From: an uncultured Clostridia bacterium
Lineage (GTDB): Bacteria; Bacillota; Clostridia; TANB77; CAG-508
Length of the DNA: 64,000 nucleotides
Direction: 5' to 3'
Assembly: GCA_948805675.1 (NCBI GenBank)
Contig: CAQIBN010000001.1
Coordinates: forward strand, 115,141-179,140
This document shows, one piece after another, positions 36,654-47,143 of this stretch. Each line of letters starts with the position of its first letter. The first letter of the stretch is position 1. A program made the position numbers and the translations under genes. Under the pieces are notes generated by a model, which did not search any database, was not told where the DNA came from, and saw only the letters and a list, made by a program, of their open reading frames with translations.

Positions 36654-37007
36654 ATGTTAGCTATGCCAAATATATTAAAAAATATATTAAAAGAATATGT
36701 AAAAGGACTTTTTGAGATAATAGGAGAAGAATTAAATAAAGTTATATTGTATGGTTCATATGCAAGAGGTGAGCAGAATCTTGATGGTGAAATAAGTGAT
36801 ATTGATATAATGATTTTAGTTAATAAAAATGATAATGATATTAAAGCACTCCAAAAGAAAGTATTAGATTATAGTTATGATTTTGATTTGGAATATGATA
36901 TACTATTATCTCCAATAGTAGAAAGTACAGAAAATTATAATAATAGGTTAAAATATATAACATTTTATAAGAAAATACAAGAAGAAGGAGTGTTATTAAG
37001 TGTATAA
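36654..37007 (+). CDS. minimal nucleotidyltransferase (MntA-like antitoxin)
   Basis: GSYARGE...DIDIMILV nucleotidyltransferase signature. Confidence 0.8.
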   Translation: MLAMPNILKNILKEYVKGLFEIIGEELNKVILYGSYARGEQNLDGEISDIDIMILVNKNDNDIKALQKKVLDYSYDFDLEYDILLSPIVESTENYNNRLKYITFYKKIQEEGVLLSV

Positions 37008-37404
37008 TGAAGAGATTATAACATTATCAAATTATAGATTAGAGCAGGCAAAAGATAATTTAGAAGAAGCGATAGTTTTATTCGAAAATAATAAATATAA
37101 AGGAGCAAGTAATAGAGCCTATTATTCGATTTTTCATGTAGTAAAGGCAGTATTAGCTCTTGAACAGACGGATTTTAAAAAACATTCTTCAGTAATAGCT
37201 TATTTTAATAAAGAATATATAAGCAAAAATATATTTCCAAGAGAATTAGGTAAAAGAGTAAGTGAAGCGAGATTTTATAGAGAAAAAAGTGATTATGTGG
37301 ATTTTTATATTATAACTAAAGAAGAATGTAAAACACAAATAGAAACTGCAAAGATGGCAATTGATTTAATTAGTGAATATATTGATAAAAGGTTTGACAA
37401 ATAG
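37000..37404 (+). CDS. HEPN domain protein (HepT-like toxin)
   Basis: Overlaps the MNT gene by 8 nt; all-alpha HEPN-like sequence. Confidence 0.7.
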   Translation: MYNEEIITLSNYRLEQAKDNLEEAIVLFENNKYKGASNRAYYSIFHVVKAVLALEQTDFKKHSSVIAYFNKEYISKNIFPRELGKRVSEARFYREKSDYVDFYIITKEECKTQIETAKMAIDLISEYIDKRFDK

Positions 37405-37418
37405 TAATTTATAAAAGA

Positions 37419-37456
37419 AAAAACTGTTCGACAATAGATACTGTCGAACAGTTTTT
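37419..37456 (+). terminator. terminator after MNT-HEPN pair; arms contain inverted Spo0A-box-like TTCGACA/TGTCGAA
   Basis: AAAACTGTTCGACA-ATAGATAC-TGTCGAACAGTTTTT. Confidence 0.6.
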
Positions 37457-37501
37457 AAAGGACTGCCATTTAGAAGTTCCTAAAAGGAGATATTACAAAA
37501 A

Positions 37502-37800
37502 TTAACGCTTAGAAATAAGTAATATTTCACTTTCTGCATCAATTATTGTAACATTTGAGCAACCATTAGCTAACATAGCAGTTTTCATCCAATTAATGTT
37601 TCTTTCTGTTTCTGTTTCATCACAATGCTGATTCTGAGGGTTATATACTCCTTTAATAGGTGTATATTTACCATCAGATACATCAATGTATCCATTAGAA
37701 ATAGAAAATAAGATAACTCCACCAGGTTTAATTGACTGAATAGCTTTGCTGACAATGAAATCAAGATTATTACCAGCACAATAAGCGGCACGCAGACTGA
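37502..37800 (-). pseudogene. remnant of a class I SAM-dependent methyltransferase (C-terminal part only)
   Basis: ...IKPGGVILFS... post-motif-II region present; N-terminal GxGxG SAM-binding motif missing. Confidence 0.5.
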
Positions 37801-38091
37801 TGAAAACATTAAATTCATTTTCAGGGAGGTCTATGGTGTTAGAATAGATATATAGACACAAAATTTTACGAATTAACAAAAAGATGTCTATTTGTGTCGA
37901 TGGAAAAATCTTTACAAATGTATATATATGGTGTATTCTAATTATAGTTTTATTTAAAAGTTGCAATTTTTATCTATAAATTTTTAATCTAATAAAATTA
38001 CAATAAGAAAAATAAAGATAATGTAAAATAGTATAATTAAAAATAGAATATTAAAACATTATCAAAAATAATAGGTAGGTGAAAAATATGA

Positions 38092-38349
38092 ATGATTAAT
38101 TTTAACAAAAGAAATATAAATATTTTAACATTTGTAATAACAAGTATATTGTTTATATATATTCAGTTTATATTTAAAAACTATTATAAATTCAAAGGGA
38201 ATGTCAATTTACCAGCTCAAAGTATTTTTATTCTAAGTAAAAATTTAAATCCAAAAGAAATATCAAATCAGATTTCAAAGAGTACAAATTCCAAAAATAA
38301 AAATGAAACTACAAAAAATAAAAAACAAAATTCTGAAAATAAAAAATAG
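38092..38349 (+). CDS. small Lys/Asn-rich protein with N-terminal TM helix
   Basis: 85-aa ORF; low-complexity C-terminus. Confidence 0.3.
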   Translation: MINFNKRNINILTFVITSILFIYIQFIFKNYYKFKGNVNLPAQSIFILSKNLNPKEISNQISKSTNSKNKNETTKNKKQNSENKK

Positions 38350-38386
38350 CTAAATTTATATATTTTAAAATGGGAAAAGGAGGAAA

Positions 38387-38944
38387 ATGAAAAAAGTATT
38401 TATAGTATTTTTTGTATTTATGCTAGTTATATCAATGATACTTGTATACTATTTTTATAATTATTCAAACAAGCTTATAGATATAAGCAAAATAAAAACA
38501 GATTCAAATTATGAAAATATTGTTTATGAAAATGTTATATCAGATGAAGAATATAATTTAACAGATGATTTTCTGGGTATATTAGAAATACAAAAAATAG
38601 GATTAAAAGCAACTATAAAAGAAGGAAGCAATAGTGATGTTCTAAAAAGATATATAGGTCATATTGAAGAAACCTCTAAGTATGATGGAAATGTAGGATT
38701 AGCTGCTCATAATAGAGGAAATGAATATTCATATTTTGCTAGATTAAATGAGTTAAAAAAAGGTGATATTGTAACATATAAAACAAAATTTTATAAAAGA
38801 CAATATAAAGTTGATAATATGCAAGCAATATTTGAAACAGATTGGAGTAAATTAGAAAATACAGAAGAAAATAAATTAACAATGATTACATGTATATCAA
38901 ATAAAAGAAATCAGCGATTATGTGTACAAGCAGTAGAAATTTAA
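38387..38944 (+). CDS. sortase (class B/D-like)
   Basis: LAAHN His motif, KLTMITC Cys motif and RLCVQAVE Arg. Confidence 0.8.
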   Translation: MKKVFIVFFVFMLVISMILVYYFYNYSNKLIDISKIKTDSNYENIVYENVISDEEYNLTDDFLGILEIQKIGLKATIKEGSNSDVLKRYIGHIEETSKYDGNVGLAAHNRGNEYSYFARLNELKKGDIVTYKTKFYKRQYKVDNMQAIFETDWSKLENTEENKLTMITCISNKRNQRLCVQAVEI

Positions 38945-39170
38945 GTATGAAGCAATTTAATTTATATAAGATATTTGTTAGTAAGAAACTATTTCAAAAA
39001 CTAAATTATATTAATAGTAGTATGAAACTACATGTGTTTGTAATACGATTCTTGAAAAAAACTATTTATAAATAGCCAAATTAAGATATGGGTTATTAAA
39101 ATATGAGTTATATTAAAAATTACAAGAAAAGTAAATTTTATAGTAACAAATAAAAAATGAGGGAGGATTT

Positions 39171-42100
39171 ATGAAAAAGAAAATAAATAAAATTTTAATA
39201 ATAATATGCATAATAATAACTATTATGCCAATACAGATGCTTCAAGTATTAGCAACCCAAATAGGCGATTCACTATATTTGGAAAAGGGAGATTTAGGTT
39301 TTTATAGTATACAATATCAAAGTAAGACTTCAGGTAATTGGTATTATATAACTTATAGCAGAACTTGGTATACAGATGAACATGGAACAAGGAGAATTGC
39401 ATATTGTGTAGATCCAGATTTAAATGGAATTGGATGGATAGAAGGAGAGCAAAATGGCTATCATGTAGATTTAAATAAAGTATTATCAGACGTTAGATTA
39501 TGGAGAGTTTATAGACATGGATATCCATATGTAAGTGCTAAAAGTTTAGGTGTGGAAACAGAAGATGATGCATATCTTGCAACAAAACAAGCAGGATATT
39601 GGATAATAAGAGGATATAAGTTAGAAGATATTTATACATATTTTAGACCAGGAGAAACACCTATTAATGGACAAAATTTAGAAGATATACAAAGAAGAGG
39701 GAAAAAAGTAATTGATGCAATATATCACTTAGTAGATTTAGGATACAATGGTACAGAAACCCCAAAAATTAATGGGCTTATAAAAATAAATAAATTAGAT
39801 GATTTTATTCAAGATGAAAATAATGACTATTATTCACAAAAGTACACTGTTTCTTCTTCTACATCAATGTCTGGTTATGTGATAAAAGCTATTACCAATT
39901 TTCCAGATGGTAGTTATATTTCAGATTTAAATGGAAATCGTAAAAATACATTTGCATCTGGAGAAAAATTTAAAGTTATGATTCCTAAAAAATCTATAAA
40001 TGAGAATATAAAAGGAAAAATAGAAATTGAAGGTAAATGTCAAAATTATCCTGTGTATTATGGACAAGCGAGAGATAGCAATATTCAAAATTATGCAGTA
40101 ACAGTAGATTCATATTCAGATGTAATAGAATCTGTAAACTTAGATATAAATGCATATAAATCTAATATAAAATTAGTAAAAATAGATAGACAAACAAAAG
40201 AAAAAATATCAGGAGTAAAATTTAATTTTAAATATGAAAATGGTACTAGTATTGGTGATTATACAACAGATAAAAATGGAGAAATATTTATTAAAAATTT
40301 AAAACAAGGAAATATAATTGTACAAGAAATCGAAACCAAAAATGAATATATTTTAAACACAAAAGAAACTAAAATAGATTTAGAATATAATAACACTAAA
40401 ACGATAACTATAGAAAATGAACATAAAAAAGGTGATTTGAAAATATTAAAAGTAGATAAAGATGATAATTCTATTACATTAGGAGATGTAGAATTTGATT
40501 TAATTGATTCAAAAGGTAATACAGTAAGACATATTGTAACAGATGAAAATGGAGTAGCAGAAATAAAAGGTATTAATACAGGAAACTATACTTTAAAAGA
40601 AACATCATCTAAAAAGGAATATAAAATAGCTTTAGATAAAGATATAACAATAAGATGGAATGAGCTTTCTGAAATTAAAGTAGAAAATGAGAAAAGAAAA
40701 GGTCAAATAAAAATTGTGAAAGTAGATAAAGATTATAATGAAGTTAAATTAGAAAATATAGAATTTCAGATTATAGATAATAATAATAAAATTATAGAAA
40801 CAGTTAAAACAGATGAAAATGGAGAAGCAAAAACATCTAAACTTCCAATAGGAGAATATAAAGTAAAAGAAGTAAGTTTGGGTACAAATGGAGACTATAT
40901 TTTAAATGAGGAACCTAAAACAATAATTGTTGAAGAAGATAAAATTAAGAATATTATGTTTGAAAATGAACATAAAAAAGGTAGTTTAAAAATTCATAAA
41001 GTAGATTTTGATAATAAAAACATACCAGTATCTGGTGTAGAATTTGAAATTACAGATAAGGATGGTTATAAATATACTACTATCTCTGATAAAGATGGAA
41101 TTGCATGTATAGATAATATTAGAACAGGAATTATTACAATAAAAGAAATTAAAACAAATAAAATATATAAGTTATCAAAAGATAAATTTTATACAGAAAT
41201 AAAATATAATAATGTAACAGAACTTACAATTAAAAATGAGAAACTAAAAGGACAAATTGAAGTATATAAAGTAGATGCAGAAAATAAAGAATATAAACTA
41301 GAGGGAGTAGAATTTGAAGTTATAGATTGTGATGGTAAAGTAGTAGAGAAAATAAAGACAGATAAAAATGGTAAGGCACTTACAAGTAAACTTCCAATAG
41401 GAGAATATAAAATTAAAGAAATAAAAACAGATGAAATGCATGTTTTAAATAGTAATATTATAAAGGTGAATATTAAACAAGATATAGTTTCAAAATTAAA
41501 TATTACAAATGATAGAATAAAAGGACAAATAAGAATTGTTAAAACTAGTAGAGATGATAATAGTATAAATGGGTTAAAAATAGGTTCACCAATTACAAAT
41601 GTTAAGTTTGAAGTATTTGACTCAAATAAAAATTTGGTAGATAAAATAGTTACAAATGAAAATGGTGTTGCAATTACAAAAAAATTAGATAAGGGAAAAT
41701 ACATAGTAAAAGAGGTAGAAACTGCAAAATGGTATATATTAAATAAAGATGATTTTTTTGCAGAAATAAAAAATAATAAAGAAATAGTAGAATTAGGTAT
41801 TACAAATGAATCAGAAAAACCTAATGTAGAAATTGAAAAAATAGGAATAATTCAGGCAACTGCAAATCAAGAAATTAGTTATAATTTTAAAATAAAAAAT
41901 ACTGGTAATGTAAAATTAGATAATTTTATTTGGTATGATTTATTACCAAATAATTATACAAAAATTACAAAATTAGTAACAGGTACATATAATCAAGAAT
42001 TAAACTATTCAGTATATTATAAGACTAATAAGAATGATTATAGATTATTAAAGGATAATTTGAGTACAAAAGTAAATAATTATATAGATTTTACTAATTT

Positions 42101-42356
42101 ATTGTTAGATGATGACGAATATGTTACTGAATTTAAAACTGATTTTGGAACAGTAGATATTGGTTTTGAATCTATAATAGCTCCTTGTATATTTGTAACT
42201 GTAAATGGAAATGTAGAAAATGGTGAGTCTTTTATAAATAAAACTAAAATAGAAGGGAATAATAAAGGTTATGTGGTTTGGGATGAAGATGAACATATGA
42301 CTAAAGTTTATAAAGAAGATATAGGAATAAGAAAACTACCTAGAACGGGTAAATAA
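39171..42356 (+). CDS. LPXTG-type surface protein with tandem CnaB/isopeptide-type repeats
   Basis: Signal peptide; about seven repeats of KG(Q/D)IKIVKVD...GEYKVKEV type; protein ends LPRTGK then stop, with no hydrophobic tail. Confidence 0.85.
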   Translation: MKKKINKILIIICIIITIMPIQMLQVLATQIGDSLYLEKGDLGFYSIQYQSKTSGNWYYITYSRTWYTDEHGTRRIAYCVDPDLNGIGWIEGEQNGYHVDLNKVLSDVRLWRVYRHGYPYVSAKSLGVETEDDAYLATKQAGYWIIRGYKLEDIYTYFRPGETPINGQNLEDIQRRGKKVIDAIYHLVDLGYNGTETPKINGLIKINKLDDFIQDENNDYYSQKYTVSSSTSMSGYVIKAITNFPDGSYISDLNGNRKNTFASGEKFKVMIPKKSINENIKGKIEIEGKCQNYPVYYGQARDSNIQNYAVTVDSYSDVIESVNLDINAYKSNIKLVKIDRQTKEKISGVKFNFKYENGTSIGDYTTDKNGEIFIKNLKQGNIIVQEIETKNEYILNTKETKIDLEYNNTKTITIENEHKKGDLKILKVDKDDNSITLGDVEFDLIDSKGNTVRHIVTDENGVAEIKGINTGNYTLKETSSKKEYKIALDKDITIRWNELSEIKVENEKRKGQIKIVKVDKDYNEVKLENIEFQIIDNNNKIIETVKTDENGEAKTSKLPIGEYKVKEVSLGTNGDYILNEEPKTIIVEEDKIKNIMFENEHKKGSLKIHKVDFDNKNIPVSGVEFEITDKDGYKYTTISDKDGIACIDNIRTGIITIKEIKTNKIYKLSKDKFYTEIKYNNVTELTIKNEKLKGQIEVYKVDAENKEYKLEGVEFEVIDCDGKVVEKIKTDKNGKALTSKLPIGEYKIKEIKTDEMHVLNSNIIKVNIKQDIVSKLNITNDRIKGQIRIVKTSRDDNSINGLKIGSPITNVKFEVFDSNKNLVDKIVTNENGVAITKKLDKGKYIVKEVETAKWYILNKDDFFAEIKNNKEIVELGITNESEKPNVEIEKIGIIQATANQEISYNFKIKNTGNVKLDNFIWYDLLPNNYTKITKLVTGTYNQELNYSVYYKTNKNDYRLLKDNLSTKVNNYIDFTNLLLDDDEYVTEFKTDFGTVDIGFESIIAPCIFVTVNGNVENGESFINKTKIEGNNKGYVVWDEDEHMTKVYKEDIGIRKLPRTGK

Positions 42357-42592
42357 AGGACTTTTATTATATTCTAACCCTATTTTCAATATATAATTAG
42401 TTTAAATATAAAGATATATATTAAACATATGGCTGGACTTTTATTTTGTATTATAAAATTTTAGTCAAAACAATAAACGAATAGTGACGAAAATAGTAAA
42501 ATCTTCCAAATCTTGCATTGACATAATTCTAATAGCAATATATAATTGTATACGTTAAAATATAAGATAAGAAAAAAAGGAAGGAAGATTTT

Positions 42593-43918
42593 ATGTTAGT
42601 CAATATATTATTTCTAGTAATATTAATATTATTAAATGCATATTTTGCAGCAACAGAAATTGCATTTATATCATTAAATGACACAAAAATTGAAAAAATG
42701 GCAAAGGAAGGTAATAAAAAAGCAAAACAAATAGTAAGAATGTTAAAAAATCCAAGTAAATTTTTAGCTACTATACAAATAGGAATTACTCTGGCAGGTT
42801 TTCTATCAAGTGCCTTTGCATCAGATACATTTGCAGACATTTTAGCACCAATGTTAAATAAAGTGTTACCAATAGTTTCTGTAGATGTATGGAGAGGTAT
42901 TTCAATTGTTATTATAACAATTATATTATCATTCTTTACATTAGTTTTTGGAGAATTAGTACCCAAAAGACTTGCGATGAAATATTATGAAAAAATATCT
43001 TTTGCTAGTATAGGTGTTATAAAAATTATTTCTATAGTTACTGCACCATTTGTAAAATTATTAACTGCATCTACAAATATAGTATCTAAAATATTTGGAG
43101 TTTCAGAAGACGATGAACAAGCTGTAACAGAAGAAGAAATAAAAATGATGATTGATGAAGGTGAAGAAAAAGGAACTATAGATGAAGAAGAAAAAGAAAT
43201 GATAAATAATGTTTTTGAATTTAATGATACAACAGCAGTAGAAGTTATGACACATAGAACAGACATATTTGCAATAGATATTGATGAAGATGTTTATAAA
43301 ATATTAGATAAAATAGATGAATACAAATATAGTAGAATACCAGTATATGATGAAACAATAGATAATGTAAAAGGAATTTTATTTGTTAAAGATATTCTAA
43401 AATTATTAAGTGGGAAAAAACAGATTAAAATAAAAAATATAATAAGAGATGCATATTTTGTACCAGAATCTAAACCGATAAATGAAATATTTAAAGAATT
43501 ACAAAAGAATAAAAAACAGATGGCTATAGTAGTTGATGAATACGGTGGAACATCAGGTTTAGTAACAATGGAAGATATTTTAGAAGAATTAGTAGGAAAT
43601 ATTTTTGATGAGTATGATGAAGTAGAAAATGAATATGAAAAGATAGATGAAAATACATTTTTAATTAGTGGAAGTGTATCAATATATGAATTAAAGAAAA
43701 TATTAAATATAAATATTCCTGAAGGAGATTATGATACTTTATCTGGATATTTGTTAGAAGAATTGGGACGTTTGCCAGAAGAAGGAGAAGAAGCAATAGT
43801 AGAAACAAAAGATGTAACATATAAAATAGAGGAATATGAAGAAAAAAGAATAATGTGGGTAAAAGCTTGCAAAAATAATAACCAAAAGGTTGATGAGGAA
43901 ACAAAAGAAAAAGAGTAA
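42593..43918 (+). CDS. CNNM/CorC/HlyC-family transporter (DUF21-CBS-CorC_HlyC)
   Basis: N-terminal four-TM DUF21, CBS pair, C-terminal transporter-associated domain. Confidence 0.85.
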   Translation: MLVNILFLVILILLNAYFAATEIAFISLNDTKIEKMAKEGNKKAKQIVRMLKNPSKFLATIQIGITLAGFLSSAFASDTFADILAPMLNKVLPIVSVDVWRGISIVIITIILSFFTLVFGELVPKRLAMKYYEKISFASIGVIKIISIVTAPFVKLLTASTNIVSKIFGVSEDDEQAVTEEEIKMMIDEGEEKGTIDEEEKEMINNVFEFNDTTAVEVMTHRTDIFAIDIDEDVYKILDKIDEYKYSRIPVYDETIDNVKGILFVKDILKLLSGKKQIKIKNIIRDAYFVPESKPINEIFKELQKNKKQMAIVVDEYGGTSGLVTMEDILEELVGNIFDEYDEVENEYEKIDENTFLISGSVSIYELKKILNINIPEGDYDTLSGYLLEELGRLPEEGEEAIVETKDVTYKIEEYEEKRIMWVKACKNNNQKVDEETKEKE

Positions 43919-43935
43919 AAGAAGGTTTGATATAG

Positions 43936-45657
43936 ATGAAGTCAAAAAATAAATTAATAATATTTTTTATAATTTTGTTAATATTATTTGGAATTTTTAT
44001 TTATAAAAGTTTTGTTAGTAATGGATATGAAATTAAATTTGAAGAAATAAATGAAAGAAATTATTTTTTAGTTTTTGATGACAAATATGGTGTTATTGAT
44101 AAAAATGGAGATATAATTGTAGAAACAAATTTTGATATGATACAAATACCAAATCCTAACAAAGATGTTTTTATTTGTATGAATGATTATAATACTGAAA
44201 CAGGAAATTATGAAACTATAGTATGTAATAAAAATAAAGAGATATTATTTAGTGGGTTTGAGAGAGTTGAAGCAATTAGAAGAGAAGAGAATTTGGATGG
44301 TATACCATATGAAAAAAATGTTTTGAAATATAAACAAAATGGAAAATATGGATTACTTGATTTAAATGGAAAAAAAATAACCAAACCAATATACGAAGAT
44401 ATACAAACATTAGAATTTAAAGAAGGAATGTTATTAGTAAAAAAGGATGGAAAAAATGGAATTATTAATATTAATGGAAAAAAGATAATTGATATAAAAT
44501 ATGATTCTATTGAAGCAGATAAGTATTCTATAAGCAAGAATCATAATAAAAGTTCAGGTTTTATAGTATCTGTAAAAACAGAATCTGGATATAGATATGG
44601 ATATATTAATTATAAAGGAAAAACAATATTAAAAGCACAATATAATGAAATAGCAAGAATTAATTATATAGATGATGATGAAAATGCATATTTAGTAGCT
44701 TTTAATAATGGACAAGCAGGACTTTTTAAAAATGGAAAATTAATATTACAACATGAATATGAAGATATGCAATTTGATAGTATTAATAATTTACTAATTC
44801 TTCAAGAATCAGGAAAACAAGGTATAGCTAACCTAAAAGGAGAAATAATAATTCCTATTGAATATGATAATATAATAATAGCAGGCAATTTGATTAATGC
44901 ACAAAAGAATGATGAAGTAATAGTATTTGATAATAAAGGACAAAAATTAAACAATAAAAATTTTATAAGTATAATTTCTACAGAGAATAAAAAATATTTT
45001 ATAAGTATAGACACGAATGAAAATTTTGGAATAGTAGATAAAGATAATAATATTTTGATAGATAATAAATACACTTTTGTAGATTATCTATTTGATGATT
45101 ATTTTATTGTTCAAAATGATACACATTTAGGAATAATTGATATAAATGAAGATATTAAAGTAAAATTTCAATTTGATGTGTTGCAGAAATTAGAAGGAAC
45201 AAATGTTGTACAAGGAATAAGAAATGAAACTGTAGAATTAATTGATAAAAATATGAATATCATAGCATCAATGAATAATGGTGAAATAGATATAAAAAAT
45301 AATTATATACAAATATATAATCAAAAAGACAAAAAATATTTCGACTTTAATGGAAAAGAAATACCTAATATACATGGGATAGATAATCAAAAGTTATTTG
45401 CAAGAAAGCAAGATGATTTTTGGGGATTTGTTGATAAAAATGGAGATACTAAAGTAGATTATATATATGATATGGTGACTGAATTTAATATTTATGGTTA
45501 TGCAGGAATAAAAAAAGATAGTAAATGGGGAGTAATTAATTCAGAAGGAATTATTATTTTAGAACCTACTTATATAATAGAAGAAAAACAACCAGAATTT
45601 ATTGGAAAATATTATAGAGTTGATTTAGGATATGGAGAAACTTTTTATACTAATTAA
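43936..45657 (+). CDS. WG-repeat-containing membrane-anchored protein
   Basis: More than ten KYG(L/V)(I/L)D...G...I...Y(D/E) repeats; signal-anchor. Confidence 0.7.
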   Translation: MKSKNKLIIFFIILLILFGIFIYKSFVSNGYEIKFEEINERNYFLVFDDKYGVIDKNGDIIVETNFDMIQIPNPNKDVFICMNDYNTETGNYETIVCNKNKEILFSGFERVEAIRREENLDGIPYEKNVLKYKQNGKYGLLDLNGKKITKPIYEDIQTLEFKEGMLLVKKDGKNGIININGKKIIDIKYDSIEADKYSISKNHNKSSGFIVSVKTESGYRYGYINYKGKTILKAQYNEIARINYIDDDENAYLVAFNNGQAGLFKNGKLILQHEYEDMQFDSINNLLILQESGKQGIANLKGEIIIPIEYDNIIIAGNLINAQKNDEVIVFDNKGQKLNNKNFISIISTENKKYFISIDTNENFGIVDKDNNILIDNKYTFVDYLFDDYFIVQNDTHLGIIDINEDIKVKFQFDVLQKLEGTNVVQGIRNETVELIDKNMNIIASMNNGEIDIKNNYIQIYNQKDKKYFDFNGKEIPNIHGIDNQKLFARKQDDFWGFVDKNGDTKVDYIYDMVTEFNIYGYAGIKKDSKWGVINSEGIIILEPTYIIEEKQPEFIGKYYRVDLGYGETFYTN

Positions 45658-45862
45658 TTAATTAAAGAAAATTAATTGATTTATTTGAATAAATAATGAT
45701 AACAAAGTTGTAATAATAGTTTTATAAAGTATATTAGATATAATGAGAAATAAAAGAAGATAGTTTAATGTAAATTATATAATAAAAATGCAAAGATATA
45801 TAATGGGTTTATAGGTAACTCCCATATAAAAACCTAAATACATTATATAAGGAAAAAGTAAT

Positions 45863-47108
45863 ATGTATACCGAATTTGGAATTAGTAATGAAGTAATAAA
45901 ATTAGCAGAGAAAATAAGTAAAGAAATAAATCCTATATTTGAGGAAATAGATAAAGTGTGTGAATTTAATTCTTTAAAGGTATTAAATTCGTTTCAGAAA
46001 TTTAATATATCAGAAGTACATTTTAGTACTACTACAGGATATGGGTATGGAGATATTGGAAGAGATACAATTGAAAAGGTTTATGCTGATATTTTAGAAA
46101 CTGAAGATGCTATTGTTAGATCACAATTTATTTCAGGAACACATGCTTTAACAGTTGCATTATTTGCCTTTTTGCGTCCTGGAGATACATTTTTAAGTAT
46201 TTGTGGCAAACCATATGATACTTTAGATGAAGTAATTGGAATTACAGAAAACTCAAGTTCCTTAAAATCATTTAAAGTAAAATATGAACAAATAGATTTA
46301 ATAGATAATGACTTTGACTATAAAGCTATAGAGGAAAGAGTAAAAAAAGGAAATGTAAAATTAATAGAGATACAACGTTCTAGAGGATATGCACTAAGAA
46401 AAAGTATTAGTTTAGAGAAGATGGAAAAAGTAATTAAATTAATAAAAAGTGTAAACAAAGATGCTATTATTATGGTAGATAATTGTTATGGTGAATTTGT
46501 AGATACAATAGAGCCAACACATTTTGGTGCAGATGTAATAGTAGGGTCATTAATAAAAAATCTAGGAGGAGGAATTGCTCCAAATGGAGCATATATTGCA
46601 GGAACTAAAGAATTAGTTAATTTAGCAGGAGAAAGATTAACTGCTCCAGGGCTTGGAAAAGAAGTAGGACCAAGTTTAGGAATAAATAAATCTATATTGC
46701 AGGGATTATTTTTTGCACCAAATGTTGTTGCAAGTAGTTTAAAAACAGCTATATTTGCAAGTAAAATGTTAAAGGAATTAGGATATAAATTAGAGCCAGA
46801 ATTTGATGAAAAGAGATCAGATATTGTTCAAACAATAGAATTTGGAGATAGAGAGAAGTTAATTAAATATTGTCAAGGAATTCAAATGGGTTCACCAATA
46901 GACTCAAATTCTATACCAGAACCTTGGGAGATGCCAGGATATACAGATAAGGTTATTATGGCAGCAGGAGCATTTACTCGGAGGTTCATCAATAGAGTTA
47001 AGTTGTGATGCTCCAATACGTGCACCATATGTAGCATTTATGCAAGGCGGATTAACCTATGAATATGGTAAATTAGGTGTAATGAAAGCAATTCAAAATA
47101 TAATATAG
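45863..47108 (+). CDS. methionine gamma-lyase family protein (YnbB/aluminium-resistance family); C-terminus reached only via +1 shift at in-frame CGG 46979
   Basis: N-terminus matches the family. Frame-0 ends at 47008 after ..AFT-RRFINRVKL. The +1 frame gives ..AFT-G-GSSIELSCDAPIRAPYVAFMQGGLTYEYGKLGVMKAIQNII*. Confidence 0.8.
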
Positions 47109-47143
47109 AAATTTAATAATAAAAACTTTTATAGGAGGAAGAT

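Noticed and set aside
42337-42420. Rescuing the LPXTG protein tail by a CGG-type +1 shift at ACGGGT
   Set aside because: This CGG is out of frame (ACG GGT); no frame downstream encodes a hydrophobic segment plus charged tail.
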